Positions 49,547 to 62,000 are shown, counted from the stretch's first letter. The stretch: DNA of 64,000 bases from Psammoneis japonica (GCA_008632985.1 QPGO01000162.1:62001-126000); one strand, 5' to 3'. A program made the numbers and translations. The notes: generated by a model not told the origin, from the sequence alone.

Positions 49547-51371
49547 CTAGTCCTTGTCCAATATGTCCATGTGCTCCTTGGAGAAGACCCCAAACTTCAC
49601 AAGTCCATAGCGAAGAGGAGCCAACATGGCAATCACAACAGGGAACAGCACCCCAAAACGACTTTCCTTGACATACAGCATGGCACAGAGACACGCAATT
49701 TGGATCAGCGTATACGACTTTGTGACATTCTTGGGAACAGAATCAGTCCACCGTTGCTTTGGTTTGATCGCTGACTCCTTAAACATGTCAACAATACGTT
49801 CCCACATTTCGATACCAGGAAGAGCGGACGTTCCTAGAAACATAAAGAGCCCCATAAGGGCCGGAAGTGGAAGATGTGAAAGCAGCTCGCGGGGCTTGGC
49901 AAAGAGAACACAACACCCAATCAATGAATGAATGGCGATACCCGTCACGCGTTGCTCGATAGTCCCATTGGTGCTTCCGTCTGGTTCGTACTTTGCAAGA
50001 GCGCGAACGTGTGAGATACTACGGACCGTGGCCGCCACTAGCCATGGGAGACCCACCACAGAAGTAGCTGCGGTCAATGCTGCAATCACAAATAGATCCA
50101 AGTTCATTCCGTCGAGAACATTTCCCTTCTCTCTTCCCTTTTCCATCTTGTAATCTGGATTGTTGACGACACGGACCGTGATGTTTTGATCCAAAAACAA
50201 CAATACGGTTGCCATTATGGCAGGCAAAATAGCTCCCCATCTCGCCCAAACAGGTAGTTCCATTAGCGGAACCAACCAAGGTCGTCCGGATGTGGTTGCA
50301 AAGGTAGATGGCATGGCCAGTGATGGAAGACCAGCGACCGCAGCTCCTTGAGACAAAAGAGAGTATCTAGCAATAAGCGCCCCCGTAACGACCCCAATGG
50401 TTGGTCCAAAGTTGGAAACATTATTACGAATCTTCTTGTTGAAAAAGACAGTCTGGCGGAGTCCTCGCAGAGTACTGGAAACCATGTATGTGACAGCAGC
50501 CACGACCAAGGTAAGCAAGCCCTTGGTAAAGGTAGACGTTTTGGAGATAAAGGCCATTCGTACATCGGACATGGCCTCAATAAGAAATATAGTGCTAATG
50601 AGGACGGAAAAGATCTCGTCTGTAAACCTCGTCAAGTATTTGACTAGATTTGACGCACTGGTTAAAGATCCCGCAAGCAAGATGCCTGCCGTCCAAAGCC
50701 CTGTCCAAGTGTAGAGTGGGAGGAAAGGAAGTGACATGGATTCTGCTACCTGTGACAAACATGCCACAAAGGCCAGAACTGGACCGGTAGACCCGATAAT
50801 GGTTAGTGGCTGTGCAGACGTCATGGCGTAAATCAAACCACATGCTGCCGTGGACGACATCATCTCAATTGTCCCCATGGCACCATCGGTAGCGGTGGCA
50901 AAGAGTGAACCAAAGCCAACTGCGGGAGCCAAGCATGCAAAGAATAGAAATAGCGTAGCTGCGAGGCACTGAGAAAGCAAGTAACGAAGAACAGAAAATA
51001 TTGTAAGAAAAATGAAGCACGTGCCCTGTGCAGCACATTCGATAACCAACAACAGCAGCACCATATCCCTGCAATACCTGATTGTTCAGACCGTCGGTAA
51101 TATCTGATTTGTAGAAAGGAATCCGTTGCTTATAATCTCTCTTGATTCCGACGCCCAAGCCTTCAAAGAGCTTATCCGCCTCGGGAACAACATCCTCAGA
51201 TGTGCTACTGGACACGAGCGGCGAAAGGCGTCGTCTGTGGCTTGGGACTACGGCTACGCGGTACGGAGAGGTAAACGCATGAATCGACCATGATTGTATC
51301 AAGAGAACTGAACAAGCCAAGAGAGGGGCAAGAGTACGTGCACGACGGTACGATGTGTTCGTCATCGCCAT
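49547..51371 (-). CDS. SLC4: SLC4-family bicarbonate transporter with bipartite leader; intron 50969-51077
   Basis: FYKSDITDGLNNQ|CLAATLFLFFACLAPAVGFG, AQPLTIIGSTGP, TRFTDEIF, LFLDQNIT, AATVRSISHV and EQRVTG. Leader ends IHA-F. Confidence 0.92.
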
Positions 51372-51522
51372 GGTTGGTTGATGTTTGACGTCGGATGATC
51401 GGCGCTTGTCTGTACCTATTCATACATAGGGGATTCCCAGCCATCTCTGAAGTGATTATGACGTCAGGCGTAGAATCACGTAGGCTCTGGTATAAAATAG
51501 ATTGATGATCACTCGACCCAAT

Positions 51523-52980
51523 TCTCCTTTTATCATGCCAGGCATTTCTACAGAATTATCATCCACTGGATTTCCGCTACGCGATTTTTCTACGTGGCTT
51601 GGTACAAGTGGGTTGAGCGGACAGCTGGCACCGCACAATCAACCGTTACGATAAGAAAACAGCCGTTACGTAACGGATGTCTCTTCCATAAGTGCAACAT
51701 TTTTTCGTTGCGAGGTCGTTTATCAAAAATCACTTGACACATTTCTCCTCACAAAAAGTTAACGAAATTTGGTTCTCATCACAACCGTTCATGAAAATTC
51801 ACACAAAGTGTCTAGATGATGTAGACGATTACACATGTAAAGCAATTCTTCTTGGTCTTCGTTGTCAGAATCACTGTCAGCCGAAGAGTTGTGAAGCTTT
51901 GATTTGAGGTCATCGAGATCACGCCTTTTCTGAACGCAAATAGAGTCGAGACATTCTTTTGTAACGTTCCGCTCTTTAAGCTCCTTCTTCTTTGCTTCAA
52001 TGCTCTTCCCCAACAAACCGGCGTTTGGACAAACCAGCCGAATCAAGATCTTCAGCTCATCTCCCTTCAACGTCTCGCACTCACCATGCTGAGGCGCACT
52101 GGAGCGAAAAGTGCATCAAACTCGTCGAGTGTCATGGCACATGTGCTTGCATGTCACCAGTGTGAATGACGGTTGGATGTGCAGCCGCCCTTTTGTGCAC
52201 ATGTGACAGGTTGTGAGCATCGACTCGCTTGCCTCTGAGGTGCAGCCCAGAGTCTCCTTTTGTCATGCCAGGCATTTCTACAGAATTGTCATCCACTGGA
52301 TTTCCGCTGCGCGATTTTTCTACGTGGCTTGGTGCAAGTGGGTTGAGCGGACAGCTGGCACCGCACAATCAACCGTTGCGACAAGAAAACAGCCGTCACG
52401 TGACGGATGTGTCTTCCACAAGTGCAACATTTTTTCGTTGCGAGGTCGTTTGTCAAAAATCACTTGACACATTTCTCCTCACAAAAAGTCAACGAAATTT
52501 GGTTCTCATCACAACCGTTCATGAAAGTTCGCACAAAGTGTCTGGATGATGTGGACGATTGTACATGCAAAGCAACTCTTCTTGGTCTTCGTTGTCAGAA
52601 TCACTGTCAGCCGAAGAGTTGTGAAGCTTTGATTTGAGGTCATCAAGATCGCGCCTTTTCTGAACGCAAATAGAGTCGAGACACTCTTTTGCAACGTTCC
52701 CCTCTTTAAGCTCCTTCTTCTTTGCTTCAATGCTCTTCCCCAACAAACCGGCGTTTGGACAAACCAGCCAAATCAAGATCTTCAGCTCATCTCCCTTCAA
52801 CATCTCGCACTCACCGCACTGAGGCGCACTGGAGCGAAGTGCATCAAACTCATCGAGTGTCATGGTGTGTGCACTTGCATGTCACCAGTGTGAACAACGG
52901 TTGGATGTGCAGTCGCCCTTTTGTGTGCACATGACAGGTTGTGAGCATCGATTCGCTTGCCTCTGAGGTGCAGCCCAGAG
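51523..52980. repeat. Tandem duplication of a ~730-bp 3' segment of the pogo-like element (51523-52252, 52253-52980); a partial third copy lies at ~53410-53485
   Basis: Direct alignment of the copies; duplicated peptides in the ORF track (KGDELKILI.LVCPNAGLLGKS). Confidence 0.95.
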
Positions 52981-53429
52981 CCCAGAGAACAGTGGTCGCA
53001 GGTTCGACACCTCGAATTCATGCAGAAAAGTTCAGGGCAACGCAGGGGGCAAATGCCTGTAAAACAGCCAAACTAACATGCAGAAAATGTCTGCGCAAGA
53101 GGAGCGCACATGCAAAACATGCCTTCCAACCAGGGTGCGAGAAGCCAACAGGGTATGAGTCACCTGAAGAGTGGCCTTCACAACAACACAAACAACAAAA
53201 CACACACAACTAAAGTGCAAACACAATGTGGAAGCATTCCGACAGGCATGGGAGACACCTCTCCGGCGATTGCACTGACAGAGTTGCAACACACAATGAA
53301 AACATACAAACATGCACACCAGAAACTGACAACCAGAAAACATCTGCCTCTGAATGTACAAACCAATGCACTCCGTGAACATCCGAACATTAGTTTGAAG
53401 GGGGGTGTTGTGGCATGTGCACTTGCATG

Positions 53430-56400
53430 TCACCAGTGTGAACAACGGTTGGATGTGCAGTCGCCCTTTTGTGTGCACATGACATCGAGCGCTTTCGATT
53501 GCTTGGCGATGTCAGCCTTCAGTTTCGTTTGCTCTGCCTCGCCCACCTCGATCATCCTTGTCTTGGTGCGGCGCATGGCAACAATTGCATTCTCACCTCG
53601 TGCTGTCGTGACAATGGCTCCACGTCTCTTCTTTTTGGGCGGTTGCTCGGAAGCACCCGCTGCGCCGGCAACCGCATCCTTTCGCTTGAAACCGGCAAGC
53701 ACGCTCGACATCGTTGCATGCATTGCGACGCTGATGGCGTTCACACCACTGCTGTTCACCTCTGCTTCGAAGCCATCAATCATGGCGACATGTGGTTTCT
53801 CAATCATCTCTTTCAACTGCAAAAAATCCTGAAAAGAAAAGCTCTCACCAACTGTTTTCCCTTGTTGTTGTTGATGCCAGACTTCAAACATTTTGTCACG
53901 CTGTTCCGAAGCTTTCCGTTTTGCAGCCTCGATTGATGCTGTCTGCTCTCTCTGTCTCTGCTGCCTTTTGTGGAGATGCTCTCTTCTGGTTGCAGCAGGA
54001 TCTTTCAGAAATTTTTTGGGGTCGACGCGGCCGCTCTGGGTCACAATGCGCTCAGTCCCATCTTCCAGCACCAGCTTCCAATTCGGACTGGTTTGGAGCA
54101 TGACAACTCCATCAAAGGTTGCACCAGTGGGATCAAAAAATTGCACCTCAACAGCATCAATGAAAGGTCGCACCGAACGCAGCACCGTTGCAGTCCAATC
54201 TCTCGCGTGCTCCTCTTTCGTCTTTTCCGCCGCACAAGGCAGTGACGCCGCATCAGGCAAGCAATGTTGTGCAAGTTGCATGGCCAGCTCTTCTTGTTCA
54301 CTTGTTGGCTCTGGTTTCTCACTCTTGCACTCTGTGCCCTCTCTCCATTTTGCCAACATTGATTTTGCCACTGGCATCGCAACATCCAAGTCGTGAAGCA
54401 GCAGGTCGTCATCGTCGTCGTCGTCGCAGCCCTTGCAGAGAATGTTTCTTGATCTCTCAACAATGGCAACTCGTTTGTCAGGTGGGAGAGGCTCAATTTC
54501 CCACTCTTGTTTTTGTTGCTCTTGTGCTTGTTCCTCCTTTTCTCTTTGTGATTCCAGGGCGAGGTCGTGTGCGGTCCCCATTGTCTCTGGCACTTCCGTC
54601 CACGCCACGCAATCGGGGTTGATTGGCTCAAGTCCGGTTTCCTTCCAGGCACTTGTGCAGACATTGCTTCCTTTGGACAACAGCTCAGCCTTCTCGGCTT
54701 CAAGGTGAGCCTTCCAAGCAGCGAGAAAAACCCAGTTTGTCAACCGCACTCCTTTTGCAAGACCGCTCTCGTGCCTGGCCCTCTTTGCCTCTTCCTCGAT
54801 CTTGACATGCAGGCGTTTGTTGACACCTCGATCATTTGGTTGTGTCCAGATGGATGTGTGAGATGGCAGAAAAAAACAACAGATGTTGTGATCCCAGAAA
54901 TGCTTGAGAGCGGCGTGGCACCAATGCGAGGCATGTCCATCGAGCAGCAGCATCGTGGCGTTCCTCATTCGTTCCTCGTCTGTCGCGCAACTTGTTTTTC
55001 CTTGACCCTTGGGAAGGTTCTTGCAGTGATGAATGGCGAAGTCGAGCATTGCATCTTTTTCCATGCTTCCATTTGTGGTTGTCCGGACATCAAAGCCGCG
55101 CGGGTTGTCGCTGAACTTGGCGTTGGGGTTGGGATTTGCTGGGGTGAGGCCGTCAAGATGCATTTCACCAACAAGCAGTCTCGTCTTCTGGAGCATCAAT
55201 GCGGTTGGAATCATTGGTCTTCTTCTTGGATTTGGAGGCATGCACAAGGAACGGCAGCGGGGCACCTTCAATTTCTTGGCACGGAATTGCGTTGACGCCT
55301 GCGGAGGCGGACGGGGCACAAGGCAAGTGCGTTCAACAATTGTCCAGAGCAAGGCAGTGACAACAAATAAAGTGGCACCCCTTTGCTTGCCATCTGCTCT
55401 AGAAGTGACACACACAGCAAGATGATGCTCATCTTGCCGTCGCCCTCGGGAGTCCTCTGAAAAATGCACAACTTCTTCATGACCTCCTTGAAGACCAGCA
55501 CTTTCTTGCGGCGTTTTGCAGTGTCCATTGCAACTTCATCCATGTTGCATTTTCTAAAAGCCTCAAGCTTCTCAATGCAATCAACATCAATTTTACCTGT
55601 GGCATGGAGATGCTTCACAAAAGACTGCAACTTTGCAAAACATGCATCCCGAACCTCTTTCGTCCCCTGCTCAGCATGAATTGGGTCCAAACTTGAAGCT
55701 GAAGCTGGTTTTGCTGGCTTTGGATGGCGTTGGAGCATGGGGTGTAGACAGGTTCCAGTCCCAGGTGGGACTTTTTGTGACATTTGCCCCGCAGAATTCT
55801 GCGCGCGAGCTCTGCAGTTCGCACTCTGGTCAATGGATGTGTTTGTCTTCGACATGAAAAAAACGGCCAAGTTTGCAGCACATCTGTCCCTGTTGGTGCT
55901 CAAAGTTTTGGACAATGCGCCTGCCCTGCGCCATTCTTAAGACACTCGAGAATGGCACAGAAGAAAAAAACATTAAAAGTTGTTCAATGGACAGCCTGAC
56001 AAATGCACTGTAAAATCACACAAAATTTCGCCAAAATCACGTAGAAATGCACGTGCATGACATACGACGCGATTCAAAAAACTGTCGATGTCACAGTTCA
56101 GTGGTGCGAGGTCCCACCTAGACCTGGAACGCGTCTGCACAAAACAATCAGACACAGATGGTTTTTCACGCTCATCAATGTGCTCATCAGCCAAGTCATT
56201 CACAATGTCAAGAATGGTGTCCTTTGACACTCCACATCCCATCTGACCCAGCCAGCAGCAAACTTCAACAACATGCTGCTCTTCGTCGTCAGCAAGAGCT
56301 CCACTCCCCTTGTGCAAGGCAGTGATTGCCTCCTTTGCCTTCTTGTCTTTTGCTCCAAAATGGTTGCAAGTGGCTTCTTGTGCTTTCTCCACTGAAGCAC

Positions 56401-56700
56401 TTTCTTGATGAAGACGACGAAGTCCACTTTGTCCCCATGCCCGATTCAGGGTGTTGCAACGGGTGCTGTGCTCAGGGTGGACATTCTTGCAGTGATGGCT
56501 CAAAGAAACTCCATTGCCATTTGCATGGAAGTCCACAAGAATGTGAAACTTCAAAGACTTCTCCACACGTGGGCATTTCGTTCCCTTTGCTCTGCCTTTC
56601 GCCTTGGCTTTTTCCAAAGGTTTGAATGCATCCGCCGGTGAAGGAGCAGTGACAGCATCAACACACTGAGGATGAATGCACATGGCGGCAAACACAGATT
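53430..56700 (-). mobile_element. Decayed pogo/Fot1-like DD35D transposase (CENP-B HTH + DDE_1), frameshifted and interrupted by a MITE
   Basis: LADDEEQHVVEVCCWLGQMGCGVSKDTI (HTH), NMDE, and LLLDGHASH...LPSHTSIWTQPND with 35 residues between the last two Asp. Confidence 0.85.
55746..56136. mobile_element. ~390-bp MITE, copy A, inserted in the pogo-like transposase
   Basis: Imperfect TIRs AGACAGGTTCCAGTCCCAGGTGGGAC / GTCCCACCTAGACCTGGAACGCGTCT; homologous to copies B and C. Confidence 0.85.
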
Positions 56701-58615
56701 GCTGTTGTAAGACAAGTCTGCTTTATGTTGTGGGTGTTTTTGAAATTTATGTCGAGCTGATTGTTGCACACGGATCATCACAAAATTCAAACCTCATGTA
56801 AAATCACTGCTGGGATGTGCGTCGACAATGACAGAAAAAAATGGCGCGACAATGCATTGCGCACATGCTGCACATGGTCTCTTGTCATGTCGACTCTTGT
56901 GAATCGAATGGTGCATCAACAGCTCAACAGTGTTGACGATGGGTTTGGAACTAGAGCGCCATGGTCGACGAGACGGGATGACGGTTTTTGCATTTTTTTT
57001 TTCTCGGCGAGAAGTTGAGTGGAGGAGAGATGAGAGATGAGATGGAGGGAAAGATTTTTCTCTCATCTGGAACTCGATGGCAAACTTTACTGTGGCGATT
57101 TGTGCGCAAATGATTGCACACACTAACATGTCACAACATAAGTTGGTGGTGTTCTGATCAGAATTTCAGCACCAGAAAAAATGCGTGCAATTCCACATGA
57201 TCACTTCACACCAAATTGTCACTTCACAGATGGGAATCCCCTGTGGTTGAAGATTGGGTGAGCTTGGATTTTGACAAAATTGGCTTTTCATTGTTTTCTT
57301 TGGAGCCTGCAATTGTTTTTTTTGCGAGGTCCAATGTTTTTTTCAAAAAAGCATTAGATGGTTTTTCTGGAACTCAGACCTCGTGGACCCCTTTTGTTTT
57401 TTCGCGAGGTCCACAAGCAAAAAACCGGTCTGTCCTCTTCTTTTTGGTGTCTTTGTAAAAGTCGATTTTGTTTCCAAAATCGATGGGGTTTTCACTGTGC
57501 AATGCTTCTTGCGTCTTCTGCCATTGTCAATTGACATGTTCTCATGCCTGTGTTCACCAGAGTCACGGTTCTGAACGCCACAACTGGTGTCGCAAGAGGG
57601 GGCTTTTTTTGCTCCAAGAGGACAGACCGGTTGTCAGTGGAATTCTACGTGGAAATGTGCCGAGAAATTTGTGAAGTTTTTTTGCTTGCTTGTGGCCATC
57701 GTCTCTTGCAACGGCAGCATGGCAAGTCCACAACACACACTCGCATCGAATTACATGGGCCCACAAGCTGTGATTGATTGCTGTTTTGCTTTGTTGCTCG
57801 CACTGTGTGTGCAGGTGTTTGTCACTGGTCATCATTCATCATGACACATGGTGCAACTTCTTGTTGTCGTCGAAAACTCAACAAAACGCAGCGCGATGCA
57901 GTGTCAAAAAATGCAAAATGATGAAGATAATTGAGGGTGGGAAATCCCTTGTTTTCGGGGGCATTTTGGAAATTTCACTGGAAAAACGGATAAAATGAGA
58001 CAGCATTTTTTGCGAATGCGTGCGATTCATGGAAAAACGCTCAAACGGCTTGAGTGCAAATTCTGAGCTCACCGTGCAAATTCTGAGCTCACCGTGCAAA
58101 CAACACAACAACAGCTGAAATGCCGTTCGTTGAATGCAATGGAGGTGGGGAGGCCTCCAACTTTCTTCACAAGTTTGTCACCCATGTCAAATGCGATGCA
58201 CCCTGAAAAAAGTTGGAGGCTGCCCCGCCAAGTTTTCGAACGGCATTTCGGCCATTGTCGTGTTGTTTGCACGGTGAGCGCCGAACGCGTTGGGATGTTT
58301 TCTCCACAATTGCATCACAAATGATTAAAAGATTGGTTGTTTTTGATGCTTTTTACAAATGTGTGTCGAAAACACAAGGGGGTTCCCAGCCTTGATGAAC
58401 GAAAATCTCTGTAAAATTTCAGACGGTGCATTTTTTTTAGAAAATGGCAATGTGCCATTTTTGGCCCCCGATTGCGCTGTGATGCAACATTCTTTTGTCC
58501 CGCTGTTTTCACCATGATCTCTGTTGACATTCTAGCTGAAGTTTGCAGGTTGGGTTTGGATGGCAAACAATGGGAAGTTGCTCATGGAGTTGCTTTACAA
58601 AGTTTGCTCTTCCAA

Positions 58616-59020
58616 GAGGACAGACCGGTCGGAAGAGGACAGACCGGTCGGAAGAGGACAGACCGGTTTTTTGCTTGCAATGGTTTTTTTCAAAAAAGCA
58701 TTGGATGTTTTTTATGGAGCTCAGACCTCGTGGACCCCTTTTGTTTTTTCGTGAGGTTTTGTGTTTTTTCAAAAAAGCATTGGATGGTTTTTGTAGACCT
58801 CAGACCTCGTGGACCCCTTTTGTTTTTTCGCGAGGTCTGATGTTTTTTTCAAAAAAGCACGAGATGGTTTTTCTGGACCTCAGACCTCTTGGACCCCTTT
58901 TGTTTTTTTCGAGAGGTCTGATGTTTTTTTTCAAAAAAGCGTTGGATGTTTTTTCTGGACCTCAGACCTCGTGGACCCCTTTTGTTTTTTTGCGAGGTCC
59001 ACACAATGTTTTTTTCAAAA
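58616..59020. repeat. 19-bp repeat x3 (GAGGACAGACCGGTCGGAA) followed by ~78-bp hairpin-containing tandem repeat x4; related unit at 57330-57440
   Basis: Unit reads CAAAAAAGCATTGGATGGTTTTTCTGGACCTCAGACCTCGTGGACCCCTTTTGTTTTTTCGCGAGGTC. Confidence 0.88.
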
Positions 59021-59028
59021 AAACATTG

Positions 59029-59420
59029 GGGCGCGTTCCAGGTCTGGGTGGGACCTCACACTGCTGAACTGTGACATCGACAGTTTTTTGAATCACGTCG
59101 TATGTCGTGCACGTAGATTTCCACATGATTTTTTCGACATTTTGTGTCATTTTATGGCACACTTGTTGAGCGATCCGTCCAACAACTTTTGACATTTTTT
59201 GTTGCAGTGCGATTCTTCAATGTCTTAAGAATCACGCAGGGCAGGCGCATTTGCAAAAACGTCGGGTGGCAAGAGGCACAATTGCACCACAAACTTGGCC
59301 GTTTGTTTGATGTTGAAGACAAATGTGTCCGTCAATTAAATTCTTGTGCTGCAGAGCTTGCACACAGAATTCTGCGGGCCCAATGTCACACGGAGTCCCG
59401 CCCAGGGCTGGAACGCGTCT
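59029..59420. mobile_element. MITE copy B, inverted relative to A and C, inserted in the 78-bp repeat array
   Basis: Ends GCGCGTTCCAGGTCTGGGTGGGAC ... GTCCCGCCCAGGGCTGGAACGCGTC; the host repeat unit resumes at 59421. Confidence 0.85.
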
Positions 59421-59862
59421 TGGATGGTTTTTCTGGACCTCAGACCTCGCCATCCCCTGTCCACCACCTTTGTGCGTTGGGACCCAAGCCTCGTGACTCC
59501 TCCTCGTGAGCAACATCAGAGTGTTCTCGCCCACCCTCGAGGGCTCATCTTTTCTGGGTTTCTTAAACTGGGATGTCACCGTGCGTCACCGTGCAAATGT
59601 CTTGGTGCCACCTGACATCACCCGACCTGTGAGGAGCCATGCGAACCCTCAGAAAACACTCCCTCTTGCAGGTTCAGGGGTGAATCATAACCCGTTGCAC
59701 CTGCATGAGGGTTCATTCCCTCTGGCGCAAATTCTGCACATTTTTGATGCAGCAAAATGCTTTCAGGCAGAATGAGAACTCCACAACAAAAGAGCGAAAT
59801 GCGCAGCTGTCGCAACAACAAACACATCAACTGATCGTCACGACGAGCATCACAGTCAAGCC

Positions 59863-60915
59863 ATGGCATCCATGCAGCACATCATCATGTCTTCTGAACA
59901 CCCACAGCATCGTGAGTTTGCATGGGCATTGGAAGAGTTGAAGAAAGCTTCCAGATCTGGTGGTTCTGGCACAAATGATGGAGCAGGACAGTCGACCCCC
60001 GGTGCCAGCATTGTTTCTGCATCCGGGCCAGCCCCTTCTGCGACTTTGGATGGGGAAGAAGCAGCTCTTTTGGAAATCATGAATCTCTTGATTGATCTCA
60101 CAGAGGATGCAACAGTTGACTTGATCAATGAGGAGAAGGGAGTGACCAAAAAGCCAAAGCTTCCAAAGTTGCTGCAACCCGAGAACGAGAGCTTGTTTCA
60201 TGAATTGCTCTTTGTCATGCAAGCAAAGAAAGCACATCTGCACATCAAGCACATTTCGAAAGATGCGACCACCAAGTCAGTCTGGCAGCCAGTTCTAGAC
60301 GAGTTCTATGATGGACCTGATGGCCCTGCTTGCGGCTGTTTCAAGCCAACTGGTGAGTTTGTGCATCGCACTTTCCAACAAAAATGCTGGGGCATTGTGG
60401 ACACGTTGGCTGGGCACGCTTTAAACAAGGAAGAAGGGCATCACACCCCTTGTGAGATCTCTGCATTGGCCACGTGGAAGGAGCAGAAAGATTTGATGGA
60501 AAAGGACAAAGAATCCAGGTTGGAAGCAATGGCAAGGAAGGAGAAAGTGGCTGCTGCGAATGCTTCAAGCGAAGCCAAACTCAAACTCACACCTCCAAAA
60601 CCATTCAGTGAGAAGTGTCCAGTCCCAAGCATTGCTGTCACTCCCTCTGAGAGACCTGATGGAAAAGACCGTGTGCTGGAATTGGAAAAAACCCAAGAGA
60701 AGGCAGACGAAGTCTTGAGTGACATCAAGGCTTTCCTCCCATCCAGGGAGGAGATTGGAGAACTCAACAAGTGCAAGAAGAGGAAGCTTCAGTTGGACAC
60801 AATGGCGTCTGCAGCAACAATGATCTCGCAGGGCAGGGATGCAAGTCTCGACGTCTCAAGGTTTCAAGAGCATTGCAAGCAGCTGCAAGACGAGCACTTT
60901 AAAGATCAGGCCTGA
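59863..60915 (+). mobile_element. 350-aa TE-associated ORF, possibly the Myb/SANT-like companion gene of a PIF/Harbinger element
   Basis: Long ORF inside the TpA-depleted block with a single Tyr and a coiled-coil C-terminus, convergent with a Harbinger-like fragment. Confidence 0.4.
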
Positions 60916-60966
60916 AAAAGATCAGGCTGTGCTTGGCACAAATCAGGACGCATGTTTCATGTTGCC

Positions 60967-62000
60967 GAGTGCTTTCCAATGGCAGCATTTTTGTTTCCAT
61001 GCCTTGAGCAGATCAGAATTCTCTTTTGCACATCCAAACGCCGCCGCAAAATTGCACGCCAAAAATTCCCAGTGTGTTCTCATGAACTGCCGGCAGGCGT
61101 CACTCCAGAAGCAATGGGAGTTTTGCAACAACAAACAGTGTCAATGCCATCTGCAGAACGAGTGCTTTCCAATGGCAGTGTTTTTGTTTCTATGCCTTGA
61201 GCAGATCAGAATTCTCTTTCATGTGTCCAAACGACACCGCAGTTGCGCACCAAAAATTCCTGGTCCGTTTTCATGAACTGCCGGCAGGCATCACTCCAGA
61301 AGCAATGGGAGTTTTACAACAACAAACAGCGTTAATGACATCTGCAGAACGAGCACTTTCTAATGGCAGCATTTTTGTTTCCATGCCTTGAGCAGATCAG
61401 AATGGTCTTTTGCATGTCCAAACGACACCGCAATTGCGCGCCAAATTCCTGGTGCATTTTCATCAACTGGGCATCACTCCAGAATTGATGGGAGTTTTGC
61501 AACAATGAACAGCGTCAATGACATCTGTGGAACAAGTGCTTTTTAATGGCAGCATTTTTGTCTCCACACCTTGAGCAGATCAGAATGGTCTTTTGCATGT
61601 CCAAACGACACCGCAATTGCGCGCCAAGTCACTGGTGCGTTTTCATCAACTAACTGGGCATCACTCCAGAATCAATGGGAGCTTTGCAATGATGAACAGT
61701 GTCAATGACATCTGCAGAACGAGTGCTTTTTAATGGTGGCATTTTGGTTTCCACACCTTGAGCAGATCAGAATGGTCTTTTGTGTGTCCAAACAACACCG
61801 CAATTGCGCGCCAAATTGCTGGTGCATTTTCATGAACTGGGCGTCACTCCAGAAGCAATGGGAGTTTTGCAACAACAAACAGTGTGAATGCCATCTGCAG
61901 CATGAGTGCTTTCTAATGGTGGCATTTTTGTTTCCATGCCTTGAGCAGATCAGAATTCTCTTTTGCACATCCAAACGAACGCAGTTGCGCGCCAAGTTGC
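60967..62000. repeat. Tandem repeat, ~183-193-bp unit, ~5.5 copies
   Basis: Units start at ~60967, 61160, 61351, 61534, 61721 and 61904, each containing CCTTGAGCAGATCAGAAT. Confidence 0.93.

Noticed and set aside
51523..52252. Classical fungal RIP (CpA to TpA) acting on copy 1
   Set aside because: Tyr-free TE ORFs, near absence of TA across whole blocks, and reciprocal CA/TG between copies indicate that TA is the ancestral state being lost.
58616..59020. Hairpin-containing regular repeats resembling a CRISPR array
   Set aside because: The intervening sequences are near-identical rather than unique spacers, there are no cas genes, and the context is eukaryotic TE DNA.
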